From the NCBI GenBank assembly GCA_964615175.1, contig CAZTOV010000002.1, forward strand, positions 1 to 60,050: a stretch of DNA of 60,050 bases, read 5' to 3'. Below, piece after piece: positions 10,454-18,444 of the stretch. The notes below the pieces were generated by a model. The model searched no databases. It had not been told where the DNA came from and was given only the letters and a program-made list of their open reading frames with translations. Positions within the stretch are counted from its first letter, which is position 1, and each line of letters opens with the position of its first letter. The stretch comes from an uncultured Burkholderiales bacterium. Lineage in GTDB: Bacteria; Actinomycetota; Acidimicrobiia; IMCC26256; JACPCJ01. The position numbers and the translations under genes are program-made.

Positions 10454-10918
10454 CTAGTCGGCGCGGATGGGAATGACGCACAGGAGGTGATTTGCCTCGC
10501 CCTGGATGGCATCCACCACCGCACCCAGCTCCCTGTTGAGACGCAACATGCCTACATTCCTGCGGTGGACAATGGAGTCCACTGCACGTGCGCCAGCGGC
10601 CTGTGCTTCAGCGACCACAGCTTCCTTGAGCTGACGCCCGTAGCCCTGACGCTGGGTTCCGACGGCGACCGCGATGACATCGACCCGACAGACCACCCAG
10701 TCCTGCGTCAATTCGGTGATGCGCCAGGCAGCGACACCGCGCAGAGCTGCGTGATTATCGAAGAGGCCGAGCGCCGAAATTCGACCGGCTGCAATCTGGT
10801 CGCTCAGATGATCGCGGACCGTCTCTTGGATGACCTCCGTCCAAGGTTCCCCCAGGCGGGCGCATGTGAATTGTTCAAGGGGCAGCTGGTCGTCGACGGT
10901 CAGCGGCCGTAGCAGCAC
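10454..10918 (-). CDS. GNAT acetyltransferase, probable toxin
   Basis: 154 aa; acetyl-CoA motif AV...QRQGYGRQL; N-terminal EQFTC recalls the F-x-C of AtaT/TacT-type toxins; starts 7 bp after the Panacea gene. Confidence 0.75.
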   Translation of the reverse strand: MLLRPLTVDDQLPLEQFTCARLGEPWTEVIQETVRDHLSDQIAAGRISALGLFDNHAALRGVAAWRITELTQDWVVCRVDVIAVAVGTQRQGYGRQLKEAVVAEAQAAGARAVDSIVHRRNVGMLRLNRELGAVVDAIQGEANHLLCVIPIRAD

Positions 10919-10925
10919 GTGGGCC

Positions 10926-11471
10926 CTATGCGTGTTCTCTCAGAACCCGGAGCGTTGCCTCGCGTAGATCGTCGTTGATCGCTGGTCCATCGAATCCGTA
11001 GATATCGCGCCGCTCGCGCAGCCGACGGACCTCGGCGTGGTGTGATTCAAAGTCGTCGTCTGATCGGAACCAAGCGGCGAGGCGGTCATGAGTGATTTCG
11101 GGATTTGCGACGGTGAAGCTGTGATCGGCCTCGGTCACCTCACGCCAAGGGTCTTCTAGGTGCGTCATTCTCTTCAATGTCGATCCGGAGTGGTGACCGT
11201 ACCGATCAACGACATAGTTGATGACCGCGAGCTGCTCATCCCCAAGGTTCTGCGTAGCTGGACGGGGACGGTCTCGCTTCTCGTCATGCCACAGGTCTGC
11301 CACGACCGGGCCTTGGTCCCAAGCTTCGATTGGTTCTTCGAATATGGGCTTGCCGAGCCACGTCACGTGCCAGCCCTGGCAGTAGTAGGCGAGTTTGTGG
11401 ATCTTCATGTCGCCAGCGTCAGGAAGGCGGCGCCGCAGTTCTTGAACTACGTCGTGAGCAGAGAGCATCAC
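10926..11471 (-). CDS. Panacea domain (DUF4065/SocA-like) antitoxin
   Basis: KIHKLAYYCQGWH, IFEEPIEAWDQGPVV and LKRMTHLEDPW motifs; GGAGG RBS and a TAATGT -10 (11495-11500) upstream. Confidence 0.9.
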   Translation of the reverse strand: MMLSAHDVVQELRRRLPDAGDMKIHKLAYYCQGWHVTWLGKPIFEEPIEAWDQGPVVADLWHDEKRDRPRPATQNLGDEQLAVINYVVDRYGHHSGSTLKRMTHLEDPWREVTEADHSFTVANPEITHDRLAAWFRSDDDFESHHAEVRRLRERRDIYGFDGPAINDDLREATLRVLREHA

Positions 11472-11614
11472 CTAGCACCTCCTCGTCGGTATCGACATTA
11501 ACGATTGGGTAAGACACTCAAGGCGATGCCCTGACTGCCTTCCCGCCCACCCTCGGCTCCTCGAGCAGTTGATCTGTCTAGCCACAGCATCGAGCCGAGA
11601 GGCGCTGACATGTG

Positions 11615-11687
11615 TGCCCCAGGCAGGATTCGAACCTGCGACCTACCGCTTAGGAGGCGGTTGCTCTCTCCCCTGAGCTACTGGGGC
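11615..11687 (-). tRNA. Complete island-encoded tRNA-Arg(CCT)
   Basis: GCCCCAG TA GCTC AGGGGAGA GAGC A ACCGC CTCCTAA GCGGT AGGTC GCAGG TTCGAAT CCTGC CTGGGGC A folds as a full cloverleaf (73 nt, CCA not encoded); TACGCT -10 at 11698-11703. Confidence 0.95.
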
Positions 11688-11855
11688 GGGACGGCCCAGC
11701 GTACGCCTCATCTTCCGGTCTCTCCGGTGTCCGAGGCGCCTGGTATATGTCGTGGATGCCTCGTCGAGGTTCATCCGAGGAGGGGTTGGGTCACAGCGCG
11801 GCCTCGATCGCCGCCAGGAACGCATGCGGTCTTGTGAGTTCTGGGGGCATCTGCG

Positions 11856-12965
11856 ATGGGTCGGAGACGCCACTTCGGTTCGATCCGGCGACTGCCGAGT
11901 GGTCGCTGGCAGGCGAGGTATCAGGGTCCGGACGGACGCCGAAGGTCCGCGCCGCGGACGTTTACGTCACATCGAGACGCGGCGCGGTGGCTCAGTGTCA
12001 CCGAGCACCGAATCCTTACCGGCGAGTGGGGTGATCCCGCGGCCGGCAATGTGAAGGTCAGCGAGTGGGCGGTGCGGTGGCTCGACGGCCGCATCGACCT
12101 GAAGCCCACGACCTACCGCACCTATCAGATGATCTTGCGGAGTCGGATCGTCCCGACGTTCGGTGAGATGCCGTTGCGCTCGCTCACTCCGATGGGCGTC
12201 CAGGAGTGGGCAGCGTCTATGCAGGAGCGAGGTCTTTCGGCGTCATCGATCCGCCAGTCGGTGCACCTGTTGGGAGCGATCATGAAGGGAGCGGTCCGCG
12301 AGGGAATGATCCGATCGAATCCATGTGAGGTGGTCAGACTCCCACCCCTTCCCCGAACTGAGATCGAGGTTCTCGACGCGGGGGAGGTCGAAGCGCTGGC
12401 GAACGCGATCCAGAAGCCCTTCGACCTGCTTGTCCACATCGGTGCGTATGGCGGGCTTCGTTTCGGTGAGCTTGGCGCGCTACGGCGACGCTCATGCGAT
12501 CTCGAGCGCCGGCGTCTCCACGTGACCGAGGCCGTGGTCGAAGTGGACGGTCGTCTGATCGTCGGGACGCCGAAGACTCATCAGTGGCGAAGCGTCGTCT
12601 TGCCCACCTTCGTCGTCAGTCGCCTTGCATCGCACTTCGAATCCATGGCGCCGGACGATGGAGAGTTCCTCTTCGGTGAGGCGATGGACAGGCCGCTTCG
12701 CTACAGCGCGTTCAGACGCCACGTCTGGAAGCCGGCCCTGGTGGCGGCAGGGCTCCACTCGACGTTGGGGGTCCATGTTCTCCGCCACACGTGCGCGTCC
12801 CTCCTCATCGCCAACGGCGCGTCGATCAAGCTCGTCCAACGCCAACTTGGCCACGCCAGCGCGGAGCTGACCCTCGACCGGTACGGGCACCTCTATCCCA
12901 GCGAGCTCGACGAACTCGTCGAGGCCTTCGACCGCATCCACACCCGTTCCCGCCGAGACGAGTGA
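11856..12965 (+). CDS. Tyrosine recombinase / phage-type integrase
   Basis: 369 aa; N-terminal GSIRRLPSGRWQARY arm-binding region; catalytic GLRFGE, TPKT, HVLRH, LGH and DRYGH motifs. Confidence 0.95.
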   Translation: MGRRRHFGSIRRLPSGRWQARYQGPDGRRRSAPRTFTSHRDAARWLSVTEHRILTGEWGDPAAGNVKVSEWAVRWLDGRIDLKPTTYRTYQMILRSRIVPTFGEMPLRSLTPMGVQEWAASMQERGLSASSIRQSVHLLGAIMKGAVREGMIRSNPCEVVRLPPLPRTEIEVLDAGEVEALANAIQKPFDLLVHIGAYGGLRFGELGALRRRSCDLERRRLHVTEAVVEVDGRLIVGTPKTHQWRSVVLPTFVVSRLASHFESMAPDDGEFLFGEAMDRPLRYSAFRRHVWKPALVAAGLHSTLGVHVLRHTCASLLIANGASIKLVQRQLGHASAELTLDRYGHLYPSELDELVEAFDRIHTRSRRDE

Positions 12966-12998
12966 GCCCGCCGTGAGCGGCTCATTTGGATTTCGCCT

Positions 12999-13017
12999 CG
13001 GGCACGCAGCGGGCACG
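12999..13017 (+). repeat. Putative integrase arm-type sites (right end)
   Basis: CGGGCACG repeated with an 11-bp period (12999-13006, 13010-13017), sharing the GGGCA core of the left-end pair. Confidence 0.5.
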
Positions 13018-13112
13018 AGCGATGGTGCAAAAAACCGCGTGTCGCCTCTCGCAACGCTCTGACCAGCGGAAACGGCCGACACCAGCGGCCATTCACGGCT
13101 ACCCGCGGGGAC

Positions 13113-13150
13113 TTAGGAAACCACTGCTCTATCCCCTGAGCTACGGGGGC
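13113..13150 (-). pseudogene. 5' half of the host tRNA-Arg(CCT), forming the other island att junction
   Basis: Minus strand GCCCCCG TA GCTC AGGGGATA GAGC A GTGGT TTCCTAA, followed by non-tRNA sequence; GCCCCCG pairs with CGGGGGC of the 3' half at 962-968. Confidence 0.9.
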
Positions 13151-13489
13151 GGGCGACGCGAACGGGCTGGTCAGGGGCCTGGTGGCCGGGGACGGCGCCG
13201 TTCGCGCTTCACGGCCGGTCATGTTACGCCGCGGCCTCGACGTGGCCTGTTGCGGCCTTCGGAGGTGTCGACGGCAGCGAAGCCGCTGGTCACCGCCGTG
13301 TCAATGTCGATTGAGGAGTTCGTCCACGACGGCCTGAGGCCGCGGACGGGACGCCGGCGCCGGCGATGCGTGGGGCCACCCGCATGGCGGCTCCGTCGGC
13401 GAAGAAACCGCTGAGACGGTACTGTCCGGGGCATCTCGTTCGACCTCGCCCGCCAGTTCGCCGCGCTCGACGCCACCGGACAGGCTGAG

Positions 13490-14851
13490 TTGCTCAGCTC
13501 GGGGGAGGTCTCCGCACAGGAAGCGGTCGAGGCGGCGATCGCGGCCTGCGAGGCGCTGAACCCGGAGTTGAACGCCGTCATCCATCCCGCCTACGACGAG
13601 GCCCGCGACGCGGCCGCGCATCGCACGGGGCCGCTCGCCGGGGTGCCGATGCTCACCAAGGACCTGGTCTGTCGCGAGGCCGGCCGACCGTTCCACGAGG
13701 GCAACCGGTTTCTCAAGGACCTCGGCTACACATCGGACTGGGACCAGGTGCTGGCTGAGCGGTTCCGCTCGGTGGGGATGGTGTCGATCGGGCGGACCAA
13801 CACCCCGGAGTTCGGCATGAGGCCGGTGTGCGAGCCGGAGGCATACGGGCCGACCCGCAACCCGTGGGAGACCAGTCGCGGCACGGGCGGTTCCAGTGGA
13901 GGATCAGCGGCAGCGGTCGCCGCGGGCATCGTGGCGGTGGCCCACGCCAACGACGTCGGCGGATCGATTCGCAACCCGGCCGCCAACTGCGGCCTCGTCG
14001 GGCTGAAGCCCAGCCGAGGGCGTAGCGACCTGGGCCCGGACTTCGGTGATTCGATGGGCGGCCTCGCCGAGGAGCTCGTCCTGACCCGTTCGGTACGCGA
14101 TACCGCGCTGTTGTTGCGTGAGCTGTGTCGTCCGGCGCCGGGGCAGTGGCAGGGGCATTGGCCGCTCGCCGACCCCGTCGAGGCGGCAGTCGCCGGCCCC
14201 GGGCGCATGCGCGTCGGATGGACCGCAGCACACCCGACGGTGGAGGTCGACCGGCGCATCGTCGAGGTGGTGGCGGCAGTGGCCGGGCTGCTCGGCGAGC
14301 TGGGTCACGAGGTCACCGACGATGCGCCTGCTGCCTTGACCGAGGAGGACATCGCGCCGTTCGCGCTCACGCACTACGCAGCCGGCACCGCGTGGGTCGT
14401 CGACCAGCACTGGCCGCGTGTCCTTGGACGCTCGATTCCCGACGACGGCATCGAGGCCGGGACGGCGATGCTCTGCGCCATCGGTCGCAGCATCACGGCT
14501 CCCCAGTTGCTCGAGGCACGGGAGTTGGCGCAGGCGTGGACGCGCCGCCTGTCGCAGTGGTGGGTCGATCACGACGTGCTGGTGCTGCCCACGTTGCCGA
14601 ATATCGCCCCGGAACTCGGCACCCGGGATCCCGCAGACGACGCCGACCTCCTCGCTTTCACGGCGCCGTTCAACGTGTCGGGCCAGCCGGCAATGTCACT
14701 CCCTCTGGGAACGATCGACGGCGTTCCGGTCGGCGTGCAACTGGTTGCGGCGCACGGTCGTGAGGACCTCCTCGTGGCCGTCGGTGCGCAGATCGAGCAA
14801 GCCCGACCGTGGGCGGACCGTCGGCCGGCCGTCCACGTGGACCACGCATGA
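13490..14851 (+). CDS. Amidase signature family protein
   Basis: LTKDL, GRTNTPEFG, GGSSGGSAAAVA and DVGGSIRNPA motifs; family similarity (LDATGQAEL) extends upstream in frame to about 13433. Confidence 0.9.
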   Translation: MLSSGEVSAQEAVEAAIAACEALNPELNAVIHPAYDEARDAAAHRTGPLAGVPMLTKDLVCREAGRPFHEGNRFLKDLGYTSDWDQVLAERFRSVGMVSIGRTNTPEFGMRPVCEPEAYGPTRNPWETSRGTGGSSGGSAAAVAAGIVAVAHANDVGGSIRNPAANCGLVGLKPSRGRSDLGPDFGDSMGGLAEELVLTRSVRDTALLLRELCRPAPGQWQGHWPLADPVEAAVAGPGRMRVGWTAAHPTVEVDRRIVEVVAAVAGLLGELGHEVTDDAPAALTEEDIAPFALTHYAAGTAWVVDQHWPRVLGRSIPDDGIEAGTAMLCAIGRSITAPQLLEARELAQAWTRRLSQWWVDHDVLVLPTLPNIAPELGTRDPADDADLLAFTAPFNVSGQPAMSLPLGTIDGVPVGVQLVAAHGREDLLVAVGAQIEQARPWADRRPAVHVDHA

Positions 14852-15001
14852 CCGCACCGTCGAGCGCGACCGAATCCACCTCTGAGAGGCGCGGAGTGGG
14901 CGGCTGACACGATCGCCCGAGGAGTCGGACGCCGGTGATTCCGGGGAGAGGCTGAGCACCTGACACGAGGGGGGCTCTTGCCGGAGGGTGGATGTGCTCC
15001 T

Positions 15002-15169
15002 AGGAGTCTGTTGAAGAAATCGATGCTGACATCTCGCCGGCCATCGACGCCCCTCGCTGCGTCCTCGCCCTCGACGCAGCTTGTGGCTGCGCCTTCGGGC
15101 TGCGTTCTTGCGAGATGACGCCGACTGGCTCGGCGACCTGCTCCATCACCATTTCTTCAACAGACTCCT
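15002..15169. mobile_element. MITE-like non-autonomous element
   Basis: Perfect 19-bp terminal inverted repeats AGGAGTCTGTTGAAGAAAT / ATTTCTTCAACAGACTCCT; 168 bp; no transposase; CTAG/CTGG at the edges. Confidence 0.7.
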
Positions 15170-15218
15170 GGCGCGCCACCTTGATCGACCCGAACGAGGC
15201 CCGGTCAGACCTCGGCGC

Positions 15219-18200
15219 CTATCCGCCGGGCGCAGGCGTCGTTGCGGCCTCGTCGGACCCGTCAGACCCGTCAGACCCGTCAGACCCGTCGGTCTCCTCG
15301 GCGTCGTCGGGTAACTCGGCCGGCGCGGACTCGCCCAGGGCTTCCTGGATGGCTTCCCGGGCAGCCTGGATGTGGCGCTCGAACCCGGAGAAGTCGCCCT
15401 CGCGCAGCGCGGCGTCAGCCGCCGCGAACGACTCGGAAGCCTCCTGGAGCAGGCGCCGGACCTCGGCCGTCGGGTCCTCGGCCTCCTCCTCGTCGGGGGT
15501 TGCGCCCTCCTCGAGCGTCTCGGGGGCGTCGCCAAAGACCGCGGTGAGGGCGCCCTGGAGCGTGTCGCGGATGGCGATGCGGTCGCCGAAGGCCACGATC
15601 ACCTGTTTCAGTTCCGGGACGGCGTTCTCGCCGGTGGCCTGCACGTACAGGGGACGGACGTAGATCAGCGACTGGTCGACGGGGATGATGAGGAGGTTGC
15701 CGAGCAGCACCTCCGACCCGGCGCGGCTCAGGAGCGTGATGAGCTGCGAGATCTCGGGCTCCTGGTTGATGCGGGCGTTCACGATGGCCGGGCCGTCGAC
15801 CTGGCGGTCCCGGGGCATGGCGAAGACCTCGAGTTGGCCGTAGTCCTCGGGGTCCGACTTCGCCACCATGAAGGCGGACAGCTCGCGCCGGGTGTCGTCG
15901 TCCGAGAACGGCACGAAGGGCTGGAGGATCAGGAACTCGGTGTTGGACGCGCCCGGCAGCCGCATGAGCAGGTAGTACGGGTCCATCCGTCCCTCGGTGG
16001 GTGCGGTGGTCCGCCCCGCGGCCGCGTCATCGTCGTCGTCGGCGGTGTCGTCATCGGCCGGGGGTGGGGGTGCCACCGGGCCGTCGGCCGATCCGGGATC
16101 CTGGGCGATGTTCCAGCGGTCGGACTGGGAGTAGAACTCGTCGGGGTCGCCGATGTGGTAGCGGCCCCACATGTTCGTCTGGACCCGGAAGAGGTCCTCG
16201 GGGAACCGGAAGTGCTCCCTGAGCTGATCAGGGACCTCGTCGGGCGGGGTGAAGAGCTTCGGGAACGCCTTCATGTAGGCGCGGATGACCGGGTCGTCGG
16301 GATCGATCACGTAGTAGGTCACGTCTCCGTCGAAGGCGTCGACGGTCACCTTGACGGAGTTCCGCGCGTAGTTGAAGTCGCGGCGGAGGCCGCTCGCCGA
16401 TTCCAGACGGCTGTTGTCGGCTCGCTGGGCGTACGGGTACTTGTCGGTGGTGGTGTAGGCGTCGAGCACCCACTGGATCCGACCGTCGAGCACCACCGGA
16501 TAGGGGTCGTGGTCGTAGTGGAGGAAGGGCGCCAGGGTGTCGGCCCGTTCGCGGATGTCGCGGATGTAGAGGATCCGCGACTCGGAGGTCATGAACCCGG
16601 AGATGAGCGGGTTGATGTCGCCGAAGCGGAGTGCGAAGGCGAGCCGTCGGGTGATCGATCCGACGCTCACCCCACCGTCTCCGTCGTAGCGGTTCGGCAC
16701 CGCGGTCCCGTCATCTCGGAGGAAGTCGATCTCGTCCCGGTCGGTGTTCACGATGGCGTACCCGCCGATCGCCTCACCGTGGTAGAGGCGGGGCTGTTCG
16801 ATGGCGGGTTCCCCCTGCGGTGGGATGTTCCTCACGAGGAAGTCGGGTTGCCCGTCGCTCGTCACCGCGTTGGCCGGCGACAGGACGCCCCCGAACCCGT
16901 GGGTGAACGCCAGGTGCCGGTTCTCCCACGTGTCCGAGGGCAGGCTGTCCGGGCTCAGCTCACGGGCCGAGAGCAGGATCTGGGTGAGCGAGCCGTCGAC
17001 GTCGTAGCGGTCGATGTCGACGTCGGTGAACCGGTAGAAGGTCCGGACCTCCTGGAGCCGCTGATAGGTGCGGCGGAGCACCCGGGGGTCCCACAGCCGG
17101 ATGTTGCGGATGGTCTCCGTGTTGCGGGTCAGCGCCTCCGCGTCCAGCTCCTCGTCGTACGCGAAGTCGCGGACCGTGACGTCGTCGAGGCCCATCGCCG
17201 TCCGCGTCGCCTCGATGTTGCGCTCGATGTAGACGGCCTCGCGGGTCGACTCGGCGGGTTCGACCTGGAATCGCTGGACGAAGGCCGGGTACGCCGTCCC
17301 CACGACGACGGCCACCAGCGCCCAGACCCCGACCGCGAGGGCCGGCAGGACCCAGCCCCGCCGGCGGATGTTGGCCAGCAGCAGGACCGCTGCCAGGATC
17401 GAGATGGCGATGAGCAGGTTGAAGGCCGGGATCTGCGCGTTGACGTCGGTGTAGCTCGCCCCGTCGACCACACCCCTCGTCGAGAACAGGAGCTCGAAGC
17501 GGTCGACGTAGTAGTTGGCCGCCTTGGTCAGCGCGACGAAGGCGAACAACAGCGAGAGGTGCACCTTGGCGGCGGTTGTCATGGTGAGGCCCGGCGAGCG
17601 TGGGCTGTCGGGCAACGCGCCCGGCGAAGGTTCCTCGGGCGGCTCTTCGGGCGGGTCGCCCCCTGACCGCCGGCCGAAGAGCCCGCCGGGCGGTCGCGCC
17701 GCCCCGGACGAGCCCCGGAACATCGCCGTGTCGGGGAGGTTCACCCGGATCCCGCCGTTGAAGAAATGGATTCCGGCGGTCACGAGCGCCGTCAGGATCA
17801 GGGCGACGAACAGCCAGTCGAGCACGAAGCTGATGAACGGGAGCTGGAAGACGTAGAAGCCGATGTCGTTCCCGAACTGCGGATCGGACGTGCCGAAGTC
17901 GACCCGGTGGCGGAACAGGATCCATTCGTTCCACTGCCCCGTCGCGCCAATCCCGAGGAAGAAGGCGAACACGAGGGCGAAGCCGCCGCGCACGAGCCCG
18001 CGCCGGCGATCGATGACCTCGTGCACCTCCGCCATGGCGTCCTCGTGGGGCGCGCTCGGCGTGTAGGGCGGCGACACGCGATCGGCGACGAAGAGGTTCG
18101 TCCACACGAGCGCGAAGGCCAGGATGACGAAGGCGAGCGCCACGCCGATTCGGGTCCCGATGAGCGTCGTCCACACCCCGCCGAAGTCGAGGTGGTCGAA

Positions 18201-18344
18201 CCAGAGGAAGTCGGTGTATAGCCCGGCGATCCCCCGGGCGGTGAGGAGCACGATGAGGAGGGCGAGGGCGCCGACACCGAGGACGACCCTCCGGCGGGAG
18301 AACGCCGAGTTCCGGGAATCAGAGTTCACGTCGTCGTCAGGCAC
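15219..18344 (-). CDS. UPF0182 family membrane protein
   Basis: 1041 aa; YTDFLWF, DPQFGNDIGFYVF, NIRLWDP and GNLLIIP...YVRPLY motifs; several N-terminal TM helices. Confidence 0.92.
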   Translation of the reverse strand: MPDDDVNSDSRNSAFSRRRVVLGVGALALLIVLLTARGIAGLYTDFLWFDHLDFGGVWTTLIGTRIGVALAFVILAFALVWTNLFVADRVSPPYTPSAPHEDAMAEVHEVIDRRRGLVRGGFALVFAFFLGIGATGQWNEWILFRHRVDFGTSDPQFGNDIGFYVFQLPFISFVLDWLFVALILTALVTAGIHFFNGGIRVNLPDTAMFRGSSGAARPPGGLFGRRSGGDPPEEPPEEPSPGALPDSPRSPGLTMTTAAKVHLSLLFAFVALTKAANYYVDRFELLFSTRGVVDGASYTDVNAQIPAFNLLIAISILAAVLLLANIRRRGWVLPALAVGVWALVAVVVGTAYPAFVQRFQVEPAESTREAVYIERNIEATRTAMGLDDVTVRDFAYDEELDAEALTRNTETIRNIRLWDPRVLRRTYQRLQEVRTFYRFTDVDIDRYDVDGSLTQILLSARELSPDSLPSDTWENRHLAFTHGFGGVLSPANAVTSDGQPDFLVRNIPPQGEPAIEQPRLYHGEAIGGYAIVNTDRDEIDFLRDDGTAVPNRYDGDGGVSVGSITRRLAFALRFGDINPLISGFMTSESRILYIRDIRERADTLAPFLHYDHDPYPVVLDGRIQWVLDAYTTTDKYPYAQRADNSRLESASGLRRDFNYARNSVKVTVDAFDGDVTYYVIDPDDPVIRAYMKAFPKLFTPPDEVPDQLREHFRFPEDLFRVQTNMWGRYHIGDPDEFYSQSDRWNIAQDPGSADGPVAPPPPADDDTADDDDDAAAGRTTAPTEGRMDPYYLLMRLPGASNTEFLILQPFVPFSDDDTRRELSAFMVAKSDPEDYGQLEVFAMPRDRQVDGPAIVNARINQEPEISQLITLLSRAGSEVLLGNLLIIPVDQSLIYVRPLYVQATGENAVPELKQVIVAFGDRIAIRDTLQGALTAVFGDAPETLEEGATPDEEEAEDPTAEVRRLLQEASESFAAADAALREGDFSGFERHIQAAREAIQEALGESAPAELPDDAEETDGSDGSDGSDGSDEAATTPAPGG

Positions 18345-18444
18345 TACCTCGGCAGCCTATCGGTGCGCGGAGCGTGCCGGCTCTCCTCATCGCCGAGCCC
18401 CCGCCCCTCCGTCGTTGTCACACCCGCGTGCGAATCTCATCGAC

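Larger units (their letters stand above)
996..13119. mobile_element. Integrative defence island inserted in the tRNA-Arg(CCT) anticodon loop
   Basis: 7-bp direct repeat TTAGGAA at 996-1002 and 13113-13119; removing the interval rebuilds a complete tRNA. Tyrosine integrase at one end; the interior is visibly less GC-rich than the flanks. Confidence 0.9.

Noticed and set aside
1003..13112. Prophage, ICE or tRNA intron
   Set aside because: No structural, replication or conjugation genes and no intron features; the 7-bp duplication plus integrase indicate site-specific integration.
15255..15290. 9-bp tandem repeat GACCCGTCA as a separate element
   Set aside because: It only encodes the low-complexity (DGS)n tail of UPF0182.
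15372..17666. Long antisense ORFs (also 47319..50105, 52245..54404, 37122..38723)
   Set aside because: Shadow frames expected in high-GC DNA opposite well-supported genes; no recognisable motifs.
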